Source: Ruminococcus sp. (GTDB lineage: Bacteria; Bacillota; Clostridia; Oscillospirales; Ruminococcaceae). Taken from it: 64,000 bases of DNA. The stretch spans positions 10,050-74,049 of the forward strand of contig JAGBJO010000029.1 of assembly GCA_017934425.1 (NCBI GenBank). The letters run 5' to 3'. This document shows, in pieces, positions 62,276 to 64,000 of this stretch (positions within the stretch are counted from its first letter, which is position 1; every line of letters begins with the position of its first letter). The translations under genes were made by a program, and so were the position numbers. A model generated the notes under the pieces. That model had not been told where the DNA came from and did not search any database. It saw only the letters and a program-made list of their open reading frames with translations.

Positions 62276-63331
62276 TTATGTCTCCTGTGTATTTGTTTCG
62301 ATGCAGTCGCCACGTTCCTGTGCGACCTCATAGCCGGCAGACTCTATGCGCCTTTGCAGACAGCCTCGACATTCTGCCGCTTCCTCGCCGGTGCATATCT
62401 TATTATCGTAAAGGTCATACTTTTTCCGCACGTTTACCGGCGAAAGGTTGGGCATGACCACATTGCAGCCGGTTTGCAGACCAAGTTCCCTGCCATTCGG
62501 GGCGATAGTACCCAGAGCGGTAGTTGCCGGAAGGAGTACTTTCGGGAACATGAGCCTGAGAATACCCAAAAGCCGCAGGGTAAGCTGCAAAGTACCGCCA
62601 TTTTCCTTTGCAAAGGGAGTAGCGTGGTGGGGTACGAAAGGACCTATACCTATCATATGCGGGTGAAGTTCCTGCAAAAACCGCAGGTCCTCTACAAGGT
62701 GGTCAGCGGTCTGGAAAGGCGCTCCCACCATGAAGCCTGAGCCCACCTGATAGCCCAGTTTTTTTAAGGTAAACAGGCATTGCTTGCGGTTTTCAAGGCT
62801 GAGTTCCGAGGGGTGGAGCTTGCTGTAGAGTTCCTCGCTTGCGGCTTCGTGACGAAGCAGGTAACGGTCAGCCCCAGCCTCTTTCATGCGCCTGTAGCTT
62901 TCCTCGCTGCGCTCTCCCAGGGAAAGGGTTATGGCGCAGTCCGGGTACTTCTCACGCAGTCCTGAAATGACATCGCACATGAAGTCATCGGTATAGAAGC
63001 CGTCCTCACCGCCCTGCATGACGAATGTACGGAATCCAAGTTCATAGCCATTTTCGGCGCACTGGAATATTTTCTCCATGTCCAGGCGGTAGCGGTCAGC
63101 GTCCTTATTGCTCCGGCGGATACCGCAGTACAGGCAGTCATTCTTACAGTAGGAGGAGACTTCGATAAGTCCTCTTAAAAAGACTTTCCTGCCGTACCAG
63201 CGCTGACGCACCTCATCGGCGTACTCCCGGAGAAGCTGTGCTGCATCTGCGTCATCAGTCAGGATAAGGGCTTTCAGTTCTGCATCTGTAAGGTTGGCGG
63301 TTTCGTATAATTTCCTGACAATATCCCTCAT
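62276..63331 (-). CDS. hydE: [FeFe]-hydrogenase maturase HydE-type radical SAM enzyme
   Basis: RGLIE, CKNDCLYC, GPFVPH, PATTAL, VMPN, YDLY motif, C-terminal CxxC. Confidence 0.88.
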   Translation of the reverse strand: MRDIVRKLYETANLTDAELKALILTDDADAAQLLREYADEVRQRWYGRKVFLRGLIEVSSYCKNDCLYCGIRRSNKDADRYRLDMEKIFQCAENGYELGFRTFVMQGGEDGFYTDDFMCDVISGLREKYPDCAITLSLGERSEESYRRMKEAGADRYLLRHEAASEELYSKLHPSELSLENRKQCLFTLKKLGYQVGSGFMVGAPFQTADHLVEDLRFLQELHPHMIGIGPFVPHHATPFAKENGGTLQLTLRLLGILRLMFPKVLLPATTALGTIAPNGRELGLQTGCNVVMPNLSPVNVRKKYDLYDNKICTGEEAAECRGCLQRRIESAGYEVAQERGDCIETNTQET

Positions 63332-63332
63332 A

Positions 63333-64000
63333 TCAGCCGCCCAGCCTTATCATCTCGTCGATGCACTTTCTTGCGGAGGAAATGAGTTCATCGCTCATGA
63401 TGATCTCGAAAGCCTCGCCGCTATCCATACCGAGAAGGCTGTTATAAACGTCAGGCAGAGTTGTCAGTTTCATATTGCGGCATACTATATTCTTAGTTAC
63501 CGGGTAGAACTTCTTGTCAGGGCAGTCGTACTGGAGATGCTCAGAGATAGAAGTCTCAGTACCTATGATGAATTCCCTGTGGTCGGACTTCTTTGCAAAG
63601 TCCATGATACCGCTTGTAGAGCCAACATAGTCAGCCAGTTCCACTACAGCCGGCACGCACTCAGGGTGTACCAGGAAAAGAGCGTCCGGGTGTTCTTCCT
63701 TAGCCTTCATTACTTCCTTAGCAGTAATAGCCGCATGGGTAGGACATCCGCCGTGGAGGAGTTTGATATCCTTTTCGGGGCACTGTTTCTGTACCCAGCT
63801 TCCCAGGTTGCAGTCAGGTATAAAGAGGAGCTTGTCGCTGTCAAGCGCTCTTACGATACGCAGGGCGCTGGAAGAAGTGACGCAAACGTCACAGACGGTT
63901 TTCAGTGAAGCAGTGGTATTGATATACGCAACAACTGTGCGGTCAGGTTCCATCTCACGCATCTGAGAGATAAGCTCTCTGTCCATCTGCTCAGCCATAG
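63333..64000 (-). CDS. nadA: quinolinate synthase, 3' part; runs off the right edge
   Basis: YINT, VTSSSA, PDCNLG, C.TH, VHPEC, GSTSG, GTE, C.NMK. Confidence 0.95.
   Translation of the reverse strand, partial: MAEQMDRELISQMREMEPDRTVVAYINTTASLKTVCDVCVTSSSALRIVRALDSDKLLFIPDCNLGSWVQKQCPEKDIKLLHGGCPTHAAITAKEVMKAKEEHPDALFLVHPECVPAVVELADYVGSTSGIMDFAKKSDHREFIIGTETSISEHLQYDCPDKKFYPVTKNIVCRNMKLTTLPDVYNSLLGMDSGEAFEIIMSDELISSARKCIDEMIRLGG

Overview
Chromosomal window from a cellulolytic, cellulosome-producing Oscillospiraceae bacterium, most likely Ruminococcus flavefaciens-like. This is inferred from dockerin-bearing GH5/GH74 enzymes, Firmicutes-type RpoB/RpoC, CIRCE, a T-box and Gram-positive LexA boxes. 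Most of it is core genome: rpoBC, groESL, uvrC, coaD/rsmD, holB/ricT/queH/ybaK, rlmH/cysS and hydE/nadA. It also carries a SCIFF/ranthipeptide pair whose 45-aa precursor the ORF track missed, two GH5 paralogues and a GH74. I found no rRNA, tRNA, CRISPR array, prophage or transposase. The best candidates for new biology are: (1) an 8-gene, ATPase-less envelope glycan-uptake machine (giant binding protein, two permease pairs, NHL/TPR, YIP1, DUF5696-like) behind a ~270-nt structured leader with repeated CCCUC motifs; (2) a consensus promoter with two LexA boxes driving an unknown 76-aa protein and a sigma-region-4-only protein; (3) a 52-aa four-Cys insertion in RpoC; (4) an OhrR box in front of a TIGR03905-ohrR-CobW-like operon; (5) a lipoprotein with a toxin-RNase-like domain and no immunity gene; (6) an XRE-cupin/acyl-CoA synthetase fusion; (7) a 17-bp motif exactly 15 or 25 bp upstream of four promoters; and (8) several MITE/REPIN-like fold-back elements. 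Family assignments come from motif recognition by eye; no database searches were run.
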